Assembly: GCA_029856155.1 (NCBI GenBank)
Contig: JAHQWL010000040.1
Location: 32,001 to 96,000 of the forward strand
DNA from: Promethearchaeia archaeon
Lineage (GTDB): Archaea; Asgardarchaeota; Lokiarchaeia; Sigyniarchaeales; SOKP01
DNA length: 64,000 bases
Reading direction: 5' to 3'
The notes under the pieces are model-generated. The model did not search any database. It had not been told where the DNA came from and saw only the letters and a list, made by a program, of their open reading frames with translations. Position 1 is the first letter of the stretch. Each line of letters opens with the position of its first letter. This document shows positions 9,012-19,136 of the stretch, in pieces. The translations under genes were made by a program, and so were the position numbers.

Positions 9012-11975
9012 CTATCTTGAATGATATTCATGCCTTTCAATCAGTTCTAATTGCATGTTTTTATTAAGTTTTGTGAAATAAGCATTATATCCTGAGACTC
9101 TAACCAAGAGCCATCTATAATCAATCGGATTAGCCATCGCATCTCTCATAGTTTCCGAAGATACAACGTTAAATTGCCATTGCATCCCATTTAGATCAAA
9201 AAAGCTCTGGACATAGCTCGTGAAAAGATCTAGAGTTTGTTTATGGTCATCAGCTGGATGCGGAACAAGTTTCACATTATAAGAAGCATTATTTGCCATT
9301 TTTAAGAAGTCTAAAGCTGCAACACTTTGAATGCTCGGAAGTAAGATATCAGTGGTACCAGGTGCGGGAGTTAATCCTGGAGTTAACGCCTTTCCTTTCT
9401 TTCTACCCGATGGTAAAGCTCCAGTCAGCATTCCAAATCCCGTATGATAACTTATCGACCAGTAGCCTACCAGATATTTACCACCTCTATAATTTTCGAC
9501 AGAATTGTAAATATCATAACAAAAATCAATTATATCCTGAGCCATTTCAATGGTTCCATCCTCACCTGAACCAAATTTTGGAACTTGTTCTATTTTATGC
9601 AAAACGGACTCGTAACCTTCGAAGTTATTATCAATAGCATCCTTTAATGTAGCAAAATTAAATTCGTTTTTATTGTAGACTAAATCCTTAATGACTAGTA
9701 AACTATCAATTACATCCGTAAGTGCAACAAGTGCAACTCCCGAAGTATTATATACGGCGCCACCATTAATAAGATCCTTAGCTTTTTCTAAAGGACCTTC
9801 GTAAAAACTCGATAAAAGTGGTGTTGGATGTATATATCTATGTGATTCCCCCAAATAATTATTAATTTCAATTGATTGCTCTGCTAAATATTTGAGTTGA
9901 GTTTTATAAGCATTTAGGAAATCTTCAAATGTTATAAAATTGATACGAACATCGCCAGTTTCAATTCCCATTTTTTCTCCCGTTAATGGAATAATTCCGT
10001 TGTTCAATGCCATTTCTAAGGGAGCCACCAAGTTTAAAAGCATACAATTCGTATGACCATAATGTTTTCCTACAATGCTTGGCTCAACACATCCAGTTGC
10101 AGCCCAATCTCTAGCATCTTCTATAGTAAAACCTTCGTGAACCAATGCTTCAATCATAGTTCTATCATTATGAATGCTTGGAGATGCCCCCATGTTTACA
10201 TTTACTTCAGTTAAACGCCGTAAATATTCCTTTGAATTAATTCCAGAATAATATCTAGCATTCATATTAGGATCTTGGAAACCAAGCATCTCATTTGTCT
10301 TTAAAATAATAAAGCTCATATCATTCACAGCGTTATTTCCTTCTCTATCAACACCACCAACTGTCACAGTATCATCTGAAGAACTACCTCCGAAAAGTTT
10401 CCAACCCACATTTGGCATTAGTGGATCGTGGTCGTTAATTCTAATAAACAAGGATCCGACTAACTCAATTGCCTTACTTATGATTTGTTCTTTTTCATTG
10501 TCATTTTTAGCTTTCTCAATCTCTTTTAAAAAGAATGGTTGGAGCATTTGATCTAATCTACCAATTGATAAAGCAGAATTAGCATTTTCACAATGTAAAC
10601 AAACAAAACTCGTCCAAATTGACTGTATTGCTTCTTGAAGCGTTTCTGCTGGTTTTCCTGGTACTTTCGCACATATTCTAGAAATTTCCTTTAATTCTTC
10701 AATTCTTTTTGCTTGTTGTGGTTCATTTGGATCCAAAGATTCAGCAATTCTTATTGCTTCTTCACTCAGATTTTTAGAATATGTTAAAACACCATCTATC
10801 GCTATTTGAATTGCCTTATAGAAATTTTTTTTCTCTTTTGAATCCACTTCTTTTTCTAATTTTTCAGCTTTATGTTTTACACTTTCTAATCCTTCGTTTA
10901 TAACCATTGGAAAACCCGGGACTGTATGGCTGATGGCATTGGTTTTCATCATAAAATAAAATACCCAGCCTTCTTCTAAAGCTTGAGATTTGGGATTATC
11001 GAATTTTTTACGGCAGTATTCTCTCACGTTCCGTTCCATCCAATAAGGAAAAACCTCTAGACTTAAAATTTCTGCATCTTTATCGGAAATATCGTTAGGA
11101 TTTAGCTCGCGTTCACCAATCGTTTTCAGTTCAGGCCAAATAGCTGTCGCAATAAGTTCAGGATACATCGGGATCCCAACTTCTTTTGATGTAGTAGAAC
11201 CAGCAATCAGATGTCTATCATGAATTATAGGTTTTTTATTAGACATTATGTAATTTACTGCTCCTGCTTGTCGTAATTCTGGATCTAGTGGATTTCCAGA
11301 ACTATCTTCCTCGAACCCATTTTCCCTATGATATTGTGTTACTAATTTAGCCCTTTCAACACATATTGCTGGTTTTAAGGCAAAACGCCGGTTTTTTAAA
11401 TATTTTAAACGTGGAAAATCCTCCAAAGAGTATTTTGCTAGATAAGGATCTTCTAATACCTCAACTTTATCAACCTTTCGATTCAAACTTTCATTCTTAA
11501 GCCTTCTACTCTTTTCTCCACTATCAATATTCTCAATTGGATATATTATTCGGTTTTCAGGACCTTTATAATCCTTGATCTTAGCTCCCATAACGAGCGA
11601 TGTGAGATAAGAAAACTTCGTAAGGTAAGACATGTTTCCAATATATCCCATCTCGTTTGTTAAAAGATAATTAAGCGATTCTTCAGCACTCTTGCTATAG
11701 AGATTTGCCAAAGTCTCTTTATCCTTATAATATATAGTGATATTAGGATCATCAATTTTTCCATCTGCCACAGTCATCTTTCCATCTTTAAAAATCACGT
11801 GAACATTAAATGCATCATCTTTAGTTGTAAATTGATACTTGGCATTAAAGATGAAGCCGGTTTTTTCATTATATATCTCTCTACGCATTTTTCTGCGAGT
11901 ATCAAATATCATTGCCAGTAAATTTAACTGATCTTTGAAATTTTCAAGCTCTTTATCAATTTCTAATTCATTCAT
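9012..11975 (-). CDS. Glycyl radical enzyme (PFL2/dehydratase-like) with N-terminal SCP2-like domain
   Basis: GRLDQ, GCVEP (single Cys), RVSGY glycyl loop; N-terminal ~130 aa resembles the SCP2 fold (QF..HVIFKDGKMTVADGKIDDPNITI). Confidence 0.9.
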   Translation of the reverse strand: MNELEIDKELENFKDQLNLLAMIFDTRRKMRREIYNEKTGFIFNAKYQFTTKDDAFNVHVIFKDGKMTVADGKIDDPNITIYYKDKETLANLYSKSAEESLNYLLTNEMGYIGNMSYLTKFSYLTSLVMGAKIKDYKGPENRIIYPIENIDSGEKSRRLKNESLNRKVDKVEVLEDPYLAKYSLEDFPRLKYLKNRRFALKPAICVERAKLVTQYHRENGFEEDSSGNPLDPELRQAGAVNYIMSNKKPIIHDRHLIAGSTTSKEVGIPMYPELIATAIWPELKTIGERELNPNDISDKDAEILSLEVFPYWMERNVREYCRKKFDNPKSQALEEGWVFYFMMKTNAISHTVPGFPMVINEGLESVKHKAEKLEKEVDSKEKKNFYKAIQIAIDGVLTYSKNLSEEAIRIAESLDPNEPQQAKRIEELKEISRICAKVPGKPAETLQEAIQSIWTSFVCLHCENANSALSIGRLDQMLQPFFLKEIEKAKNDNEKEQIISKAIELVGSLFIRINDHDPLMPNVGWKLFGGSSSDDTVTVGGVDREGNNAVNDMSFIILKTNEMLGFQDPNMNARYYSGINSKEYLRRLTEVNVNMGASPSIHNDRTMIEALVHEGFTIEDARDWAATGCVEPSIVGKHYGHTNCMLLNLVAPLEMALNNGIIPLTGEKMGIETGDVRINFITFEDFLNAYKTQLKYLAEQSIEINNYLGESHRYIHPTPLLSSFYEGPLEKAKDLINGGAVYNTSGVALVALTDVIDSLLVIKDLVYNKNEFNFATLKDAIDNNFEGYESVLHKIEQVPKFGSGEDGTIEMAQDIIDFCYDIYNSVENYRGGKYLVGYWSISYHTGFGMLTGALPSGRKKGKALTPGLTPAPGTTDILLPSIQSVAALDFLKMANNASYNVKLVPHPADDHKQTLDLFTSYVQSFFDLNGMQWQFNVVSSETMRDAMANPIDYRWLLVRVSGYNAYFTKLNKNMQLELIERHEYHSR

Positions 11976-12126
11976 CTCATTTCTCTCAAATCTGTAGATT
12001 TATAGATCTTATTTTAAGATTAAACTTCTGATATTATAATGTATTTTATTCATTAATTATTTATATCTTTAGTATTAAACTAAAGAGTAGAGTTTACTAA
12101 TTTTAATTCTTTAATAAAAAAGTCTT

Positions 12127-15102
12127 TTATTTATCTTTGTTTTTGATATAATTGTTTTTTATATATTGTAAAACTTCTGCTGAAGTAACTCCTTTTTTTG
12201 TTATTAGGACTTGGCCAAAATCGTTTTTTCCTCCTCCTTTTCCATTGAAATGTTTTTTTATTGCTGATACAATATTACCGATATTAATATCTGATTCTAT
12301 TGATGATTTACTCCCTGACATACCCATAAGCATTATACCTTTTTCACTTTGATTTGATATAAATGTAATTGTAGTAGGATCTTTCTTTAAAATGTTTTGA
12401 CTCAAATTTTTTACATCATTTTGAGTTAAATCTTCTGTAGATTCAAAAATTAATTTAGCATTATGATACAATTGAGCATTTTCTATCCGTTTTTCAATTA
12501 ACTCATCGCTAAACAAGTCCTTGATTGTAGATAACTTTTGTTTTCCTTCTTTCCATTCATTGTATAGTTTTTGAATTTTATTTGATACATCATCTTTTTT
12601 AGTACTTAAAACTTGAGAAATTTCTGATAACACATCACCTTCAAACGTTTCAGAGGAGATTAATTGTAAATCTCTCTCATCTACATTACCAGTTTTTAAC
12701 GCTTTGTTTACATTTTTCCATTTTTCAAGTATTTCTTTTACACGTCCAACAAGTTGCTTGCGATCAACATTTAAAATCTCTTTTAATTCATTAAGAATTC
12801 TTTTATGTTTTTCTTTTAATTTATTTGTAGCCTCTCCAGCTACAAAAGTAAGCCTGACTATTCCATCTTGAATCTTTTGTGATCTAGTAATATGGATATA
12901 ACCTGTTTCTGAAGTATTATTTAAATGTGTGCCCCCACAAGCTTCAACATCAACCCCAGGTATTTCAACAATTCTTAAATATTTTCCTGGCACTGCACCT
13001 CCTTGATAAATCGTCATTCCATATTTTTGTTCTGCTTCAGCACGAGGGATGAAACTGAGATTAAGATCTATTCCTTCTTCAACTATCTGATTTGCTTTCT
13101 TTTCAATTTCAAGAAGTTTATCTCTTGGAATTTGTTCATAGTGGGTTATATCCAAATGAGAGTTTTTAAGTGTTTTTTTAGCTCCTGCTTGATTCACGTG
13201 GCTTCCTAAAACATCTCGTGCTGCGGCATTTACAATGTGAGTAGCAGTGTGATGTTGGGAGAGTTGAGTACGCCACTGCTTATCAACTTCTACTTTAACG
13301 ATATCTCCCTCCTTAAAATTAGGTTTTTCATCTAAAACATGAATCGTATAGTTCCCTTGTTTAAAAGCATCAGAGAATTTTTGTCCATTAATCGTACCTA
13401 CATCATGAAGTTGTCCTCCAGAAGTAGGGTATACTACTGTTTTATCCAAAACAACCATTTTATCAATGATTTTCAATACTTTCGCTTCATTAGAAGTCTC
13501 AGTATAGTCATAATAATAGAGTGATTTTGTTTCAGGAATTCCCTCTAAATCTAATTCCACTTCCTTTCCTGTTGCATGGATTTGTTCGGTTATTTCATGT
13601 CGTTGGACTACTAAATTATAAAAATCGTCTGGAATGTTTACTTTTATCCCAAATTTTTTAGCTGTTGATTTTACCATATCGGGACTTATGCCATTAGAAT
13701 CATATAGTTCTATTAGAGTGTCAGTGGATATATCTCCTTTTTTCAATAATTTTTCTAAAATTTTTCCTGCTTTTTGCTTAGTTACATAAAATTTCTGCCT
13801 CTCAACATCTAGAATTTCTCGAATTTCATTTAAATGTTCTGAAACCTCAGGGAAGATTCCCTTTAATTCTTCAGCATGCCATTGGCAGACATCGGTTATA
13901 TCAATTTCCCAATTAAATTTATCTATAAAACTTATGGCACGACGAAATATTACTCTTAAATTATATCCTCCACCGACATTTGAGGGAAGTTTTCCATCAT
14001 TTATTGCAAAAAGTAAGCTACGTGCATGTTCAGCGATTGAGTAAAGTGCCGTCATTGGTAATATTTTATGTTTTAATTCCCTTAATCCAATTTTTAATTC
14101 TTTCGCAACGCGATTCCAAGCTTCATCCATATCATCAACTTCATCTACATTTAAAAATGCTGAAAATCGTGAAAACTGATTATATAATACTAAATCTAAC
14201 TCAATTTTTGTGATTTCTCTTAATTTTGATAAAACCAATGGAAAAATGGCTTCATACATGTTAGGAGTGCCTTGAGAAAACCATGCTACACGGTCTTGCC
14301 CAAGTCCCATGTCAAGAACTTTAAGTTTAAGTTCACGTGGCCCTTCAGGAGTTTGTTCAAACATAGTATAAACTTGATTAAATAGCTCTACTCCTCTACT
14401 GAAGAATTCAAGGCTACACCCAAAAGAGCCCCCACCTGCCCATGAATCTTCATGTATAGTTATTTCTTCCTTTGGTAGACCAACACCTTCATGAATAAAA
14501 TCATGTATATCCATAAAAAGTTCTCCTTGATTCCATTCTTCAGGTGGTACAAACGTATGCTGCCCTATCATAACAAAACCAGTATTATGAGAACCCGTTA
14601 TTCCAACATTTTCAATATCATTGAATCTTAAACAAAATTGAGGGATTATCAGCTTTTTAGCGGGGGGCTCTACTTCTCCCGTAATAACATATGGTTGAAA
14701 CGCTGATATTGATGCGATTGTAAATTCAGAAGTCGGATTCCATCGAGCTACACAAGGATATCTTTTAATTGGGACATATCCTCTTGGTTCTAAAATCTCA
14801 ACGATTTTCTCCCAAACTCCAATAAAAGTTAATTTAATTTTAGAAGGGTTATCTATAACTACTTGAAAACCTCCTGAACACGCAGGATCTCCACATACTT
14901 CCCTTTCTTTAAGTGTTGTCCAAAAATATCCTCCGCAACATTCACAATTTTTTCTCATATATCCTAATTTTCTAAGCTCCTTAGTAGGAAAGTAGACATC
15001 AGGATTTCTTGAGGCTATTTTTTTAAATATTTGTTTTAATTCCTTATCAGTGTGAGCATCCTTTAGTTCTAATTTTTCTTTATCTGTGAGCACTTTAATC
15101 AA
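12127..15102 (-). CDS. alaS: Alanine--tRNA ligase, archaeal type
   Basis: CLRFNDIENVG, DMGLG, EHAR, PSNVGGGY, editing-domain HTATH and CGGTH, C-terminal GKGGG. Confidence 0.96.
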   Translation of the reverse strand: MIKVLTDKEKLELKDAHTDKELKQIFKKIASRNPDVYFPTKELRKLGYMRKNCECCGGYFWTTLKEREVCGDPACSGGFQVVIDNPSKIKLTFIGVWEKIVEILEPRGYVPIKRYPCVARWNPTSEFTIASISAFQPYVITGEVEPPAKKLIIPQFCLRFNDIENVGITGSHNTGFVMIGQHTFVPPEEWNQGELFMDIHDFIHEGVGLPKEEITIHEDSWAGGGSFGCSLEFFSRGVELFNQVYTMFEQTPEGPRELKLKVLDMGLGQDRVAWFSQGTPNMYEAIFPLVLSKLREITKIELDLVLYNQFSRFSAFLNVDEVDDMDEAWNRVAKELKIGLRELKHKILPMTALYSIAEHARSLLFAINDGKLPSNVGGGYNLRVIFRRAISFIDKFNWEIDITDVCQWHAEELKGIFPEVSEHLNEIREILDVERQKFYVTKQKAGKILEKLLKKGDISTDTLIELYDSNGISPDMVKSTAKKFGIKVNIPDDFYNLVVQRHEITEQIHATGKEVELDLEGIPETKSLYYYDYTETSNEAKVLKIIDKMVVLDKTVVYPTSGGQLHDVGTINGQKFSDAFKQGNYTIHVLDEKPNFKEGDIVKVEVDKQWRTQLSQHHTATHIVNAAARDVLGSHVNQAGAKKTLKNSHLDITHYEQIPRDKLLEIEKKANQIVEEGIDLNLSFIPRAEAEQKYGMTIYQGGAVPGKYLRIVEIPGVDVEACGGTHLNNTSETGYIHITRSQKIQDGIVRLTFVAGEATNKLKEKHKRILNELKEILNVDRKQLVGRVKEILEKWKNVNKALKTGNVDERDLQLISSETFEGDVLSEISQVLSTKKDDVSNKIQKLYNEWKEGKQKLSTIKDLFSDELIEKRIENAQLYHNAKLIFESTEDLTQNDVKNLSQNILKKDPTTITFISNQSEKGIMLMGMSGSKSSIESDINIGNIVSAIKKHFNGKGGGKNDFGQVLITKKGVTSAEVLQYIKNNYIKNKDK

Positions 15103-15234
15103 ATTATGATAATCAAAACTATTTTATAAAACATTTAAAAGAATTATGATTCTCCTATAATAATTTCATCTAATATTTTCTTTCTTAACAATTTTATTAT
15201 CACTCTCTTGATTAATCTTCCGATAAATTATATA

Positions 15235-16338
15235 TTACTTTACCATTAGATAAGATCCTAATATTTTATACCAAATTACATTTTCATTTAACTTATCAAG
15301 AATTTTTTTTATTTTTGGATCATCTTTATCTCCTTCAAAGTCCATCAGAAAAATGTACTCCCAACGACCTCTTCTTCTTGGTCGAGATTCTATTTTTGAT
15401 AAATTGATATTTGCATCAGCAAAGATTTTTAAAACGCCGTATAAAGCGCCTGGAACGTGTTTAGTAATAAATATCAGAGATGTTTTAACTTTACCTTCTT
15501 TTTGATCGTTTTCTTTTTTTGAAATTATTAAAAATCTTGTAAAATTAACTGTATTATCTTCAATTTTAGAGCTTAAAACTTTCAATCCATATTTTTTACT
15601 TGAGAATTCTGTTCCAATAGCAACATAAGAATCATCATTTAATTCACTTACTCTTTGGGCAGCTTCTGCTGTAGAATTGACATTAATTAATTCTGCATTG
15701 GGCATATTTGTTTTAATCCACATTCTAGTTTGAGCAAAAGCTTGGGGGTGAGAAATTATATGTCTAATTTGTGATAAACTAGAATCTTTTGTTGACAATA
15801 AGTTGTGAATAATCCTAATCTCTATTTCCCCATAAATAACGAGATCCTTCTCAATTAATAAATCCAGAGTCTCTCTAACAGTTCCCTGGAGACTATTTTC
15901 TATTGGGATAACACCATAGTTTACTAAATCCTTCTCAACATTTTTAAAAATTTCTGATATAGAATTAAATGGTAAGAATTGTGTAGCAGCTTTTGGAAAG
16001 TATTCTAATGCAGCTTGGTGAGTAAATGTCCCCTTTGGGCCTAGATATCCAACTTTAATCATACTGCCTTGGATGAGTTTACAAGCGCTGATAATTTCTT
16101 TCCAAATCGCCTCTATACTCATCGGTTTTAATATTGTTGATTTTTGTTTAATTAACTCTATTATCTCCTTCTCTGTCTTCAGTTGATGAATTTCTATTCT
16201 TAATTCTTTTTTGAGATCCCCGATTTTTTGAGCAATTTTTCCTCTTTCATTTAAAAGTTCAATGAGTTTGTTATCAATTTTGTAGATCTCCTTTCGAAAT
16301 TCCTCTAATTCCAATTTGAATAAGTCTAGATCTTTCAT
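15235..16338 (-). CDS. pheA: Chorismate mutase/prephenate dehydratase
   Basis: N-terminal CM domain, YLGPKGT, PIENS, SHPQA, TRF, ACT-domain IESRP. Confidence 0.93.
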   Translation of the reverse strand: MKDLDLFKLELEEFRKEIYKIDNKLIELLNERGKIAQKIGDLKKELRIEIHQLKTEKEIIELIKQKSTILKPMSIEAIWKEIISACKLIQGSMIKVGYLGPKGTFTHQAALEYFPKAATQFLPFNSISEIFKNVEKDLVNYGVIPIENSLQGTVRETLDLLIEKDLVIYGEIEIRIIHNLLSTKDSSLSQIRHIISHPQAFAQTRMWIKTNMPNAELINVNSTAEAAQRVSELNDDSYVAIGTEFSSKKYGLKVLSSKIEDNTVNFTRFLIISKKENDQKEGKVKTSLIFITKHVPGALYGVLKIFADANINLSKIESRPRRRGRWEYIFLMDFEGDKDDPKIKKILDKLNENVIWYKILGSYLMVK

Positions 16339-16516
16339 TTGTTATTTTTTATATATTACTAAAAATTAAATCATTGATTATTTACATTTAATATTAATTT
16401 TTATTAAACTCAATAGTAAAAAGAACTTCTAGATTATAACTTTAATACAAACGATTCTTTTTAAAATAAAAATTTTATTTCTTAACAATTTTAGTATGCA
16501 ATTTCTGGATAAATCC

Positions 16517-16561
16517 TTTATCAGAGAGCAGATTCCTTGCCAATACTACTCTACTGATAAA
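16517..16561. repeat. Imperfect inverted repeat / hairpin in pheA-divergent intergenic region
   Basis: TTTATCAG (16517-24) / CTGATAAA (16554-61) enclosing AGAGCAG / CTACTCT, which pair fully on the minus strand with one G-U. Confidence 0.5.
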
Positions 16562-16634
16562 ACTTAAATACTATTGTATAAATATTTACTCACGAAGAAA
16601 TCTAATTTTAATTATATAAAGAGGTTGAAATCAA

Positions 16635-16937
16635 ATGGCTCATATTTTAGTTACAGGTTGGACTCCACAGTCCCAAGGAAACAAAATGATAAAAGTATAT
16701 ACGTCAAAAGATAAACCCGCATACCCCGATTTTATAAAAAAAGTACAGCATTGGTTGGCAATGTCTTCAGAGGGGATGATTAAAACTTATGCCGTGTACG
16801 AATGTCCAGATGATAAAATATTAGAAGGATTAAAAGCAATTGGCAGAAGATACACTTTATATGCTCAAATAGAGGGTTACAAATACTATCCTGAAGTACT
16901 ATTTGATGCTCAAGAAATAATCAAAATGTTTCTTTAA
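16635..16937 (+). CDS. Hypothetical protein
   Basis: 100-aa ORF with GAGGTTGA SD-like element upstream. Confidence 0.7.
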   Translation: MAHILVTGWTPQSQGNKMIKVYTSKDKPAYPDFIKKVQHWLAMSSEGMIKTYAVYECPDDKILEGLKAIGRRYTLYAQIEGYKYYPEVLFDAQEIIKMFL

Positions 16938-16961
16938 TTTTTATAAATTTCTTTTTTTTTT

Positions 16962-17408
16962 TTATAGTACGAGAGTCTGAAGTCGTGAATATCCTTTTTT
17001 CACAAAATCATAATTAAGTAATTCAATTTTTTCAGGGATTATTTTCAAGAGTAATTTCCTCCTCCCTCGAACAATTTTTTGAGCTTTTTTGAATTCTTCA
17101 TTTCCTTCTTTTAGAAATATCAACCTTTCTTTACCTATAGCGGTAATTTGCATACCTTGTATTTTTCCTTCAGACATAGGAGTATATATACCAATACTAA
17201 TAATTGGGTTTTCTTCTATATTCTTAACTTTCCTTCCCGGAGCTGGCCCTACATAAATATTAAAACTATCTTTCTCTGTATAGAAATCCATTGGAGTCGC
17301 ACGAGGAATATTATTGCTACAAGTACAGAGAACTAATACCTTTCTATTATCTAAAAAGTTACGAATTTCTATCTTTAATTCTTCTTTAGGCATATCTTTA
17401 TTATTCAT
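16962..17408 (-). CDS. Pyridoxamine 5'-phosphate oxidase-like (FMN/F420 split barrel) protein
   Basis: LCT..NNIPRATPM, RKVKNIEENP, GMQITA pattern. Confidence 0.75.
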   Translation of the reverse strand: MNNKDMPKEELKIEIRNFLDNRKVLVLCTCSNNIPRATPMDFYTEKDSFNIYVGPAPGRKVKNIEENPIISIGIYTPMSEGKIQGMQITAIGKERLIFLKEGNEEFKKAQKIVRGRRKLLLKIIPEKIELLNYDFVKKGYSRLQTLVL

Positions 17409-17507
17409 TTTCTCTATCGCTAAATTATATAATTTAAATCATAAATGAAAATGAACAAATGAAAATAAATGTTTAATGAATAGTAAAAAAGATCCGATTT
17501 TTTCGCC

Positions 17508-18659
17508 TTAAAAGCCAACTATGCTCGTAGGCGTAAAATCATTATCTGAATCTACAGCAGCTCGTACATATGGTGAAACAGGCCCATTAGCTAAGACCAT
17601 TATTTTTATTTTCGATCCCATATCAGGCTTATTTTGAACGCCAAATTTTAATTGAGCGGTTTCTGGGATCTCATTTGAGATAGTTGATACAACTTTATCA
17701 ACTTTAGATAATGTTAAAGTATGATCACCAGTAACAGATACTAAACATCTATTCACTTGTGTTGGGTCTGGCTTTAAAAGAGGATTATTTAACGCTAATC
17801 TTGCTTTTTCTATTAAATCTGATTCTTCGCCTAAACATTCTGCTATTCCCACTAAGCCAGAAGGATATTTTCCATTTGGGTTTTCCAAAAGTGTTTTTTT
17901 TACATCTGCAAAATCAATGTTAACTAAACCACAATTATTAATTAAATTTACAACTTCACCAATATTTCTTATTAGTATTTCGTCCATAATCTTAAAGCCT
18001 GTTATCATAGGTATTTTTCCGACAATTCCTAGCAAATTATCGTTTGGAATTGGAATTAAGAAATCAGAATATTTAGCAAGATTTTTTAAACCTAGTTGAG
18101 CTCTTACTGATCTTTGCTTACCTTCAGAGCTAAATGGAAGTGAGCAAAAAGTAACTACAATTGCATTATTTTTTTTTGCTTCTGCTGCAATAATGGGTGC
18201 AGCTCCAGTTCCCGTACCACCACCTAATCCGCAAGTTAAAAAGATTATATCAGCATTTAAAGTTTTATTTAACCTGTCGCGGTCTTCTTCTGCTGCTTCA
18301 GCTCCAACTGAAGGGTCATTGCCTGACCCTAATCCATTACATCGTTCTTTTCCAATTAATATTTTATGCTTTGAATTTGAGTAATATAAGTCATGCGCAT
18401 CAGTATTAATATTTACTGTCTCAGCATTACTAATGCCCATATCATCTAATCTTGAAACTGTATTATTTCCAGCACCTCCTACACCAACCACGTATGTTTT
18501 AATTTTCAAAACTTTTAATAGATCTGCTAAAAATTTGTCATCATCACAATTAGGGTTTGAGTTAGGATTTTGGTTAAACTTAGCTATTTCATTGAACCTT
18601 TCTCTTACAGATGATCGAGATTTGGCTAATTCAACTAGGTCAAATATATCATCACTCAT
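17508..18659 (-). CDS. ftsZ: Cell division protein FtsZ
   Basis: GVGGAGNN, NTDA, GGGTGTG tubulin signature, PF..EG, T7 loop NIDFADV. Confidence 0.95.
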   Translation of the reverse strand: MSDDIFDLVELAKSRSSVRERFNEIAKFNQNPNSNPNCDDDKFLADLLKVLKIKTYVVGVGGAGNNTVSRLDDMGISNAETVNINTDAHDLYYSNSKHKILIGKERCNGLGSGNDPSVGAEAAEEDRDRLNKTLNADIIFLTCGLGGGTGTGAAPIIAAEAKKNNAIVVTFCSLPFSSEGKQRSVRAQLGLKNLAKYSDFLIPIPNDNLLGIVGKIPMITGFKIMDEILIRNIGEVVNLINNCGLVNIDFADVKKTLLENPNGKYPSGLVGIAECLGEESDLIEKARLALNNPLLKPDPTQVNRCLVSVTGDHTLTLSKVDKVVSTISNEIPETAQLKFGVQNKPDMGSKIKIMVLANGPVSPYVRAAVDSDNDFTPTSIVGF

Positions 18660-18869
18660 CGAATATCATCAAAAAAATAATTAAATAGAAATATCTAGAT
18701 AATACAGATATATTCTAAAATAAAAAAGGGAGAAATATCTGCGTAATATAAAATAGAGAAAAGATTTATTGAGAACTAAATCATTTTTTTGGTTTGAAAA
18801 AGAAAACACATCATTGTAGAGAATAAATTTATAAGCTTAAATTATCATGAATATCAAGGGGTATAGAAT

Positions 18870-19109
18870 ATGGAAATTGATAACACTAAAGAAAGCAGCG
18901 ATAAAAACATAAGTGCATCAGAAGTTAGCGATTTAATTCAAGTAAGGGCTATAATTAGCTGTCCAAACTGTAATTATAAGAGAAAGTTTAGAAATCAATT
19001 TCCTCGAAAAGACCTTGAATTGCTTACTGTAGCAGTTAAAGTTTTTGATTGGATGACATGTAATACTTGTGGAGATCTACTTAAATTAGATTTAGAATTT
19101 AAAATTTAA
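18870..19109 (+). CDS. Small zinc-binding protein
   Basis: CPNC...CNTC in 79 aa. Confidence 0.65.
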   Translation: MEIDNTKESSDKNISASEVSDLIQVRAIISCPNCNYKRKFRNQFPRKDLELLTVAVKVFDWMTCNTCGDLLKLDLEFKI

Positions 19110-19136
19110 AATGTATTTGTAATTTTACCTTTTTAA

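Noticed and set aside
9012-11975. Calling the GREs pyruvate formate-lyase or alkylsuccinate synthase
   Set aside because: Both lack the adjacent Cys-Cys of PFL, and no small fumarate-adding subunits are seen.
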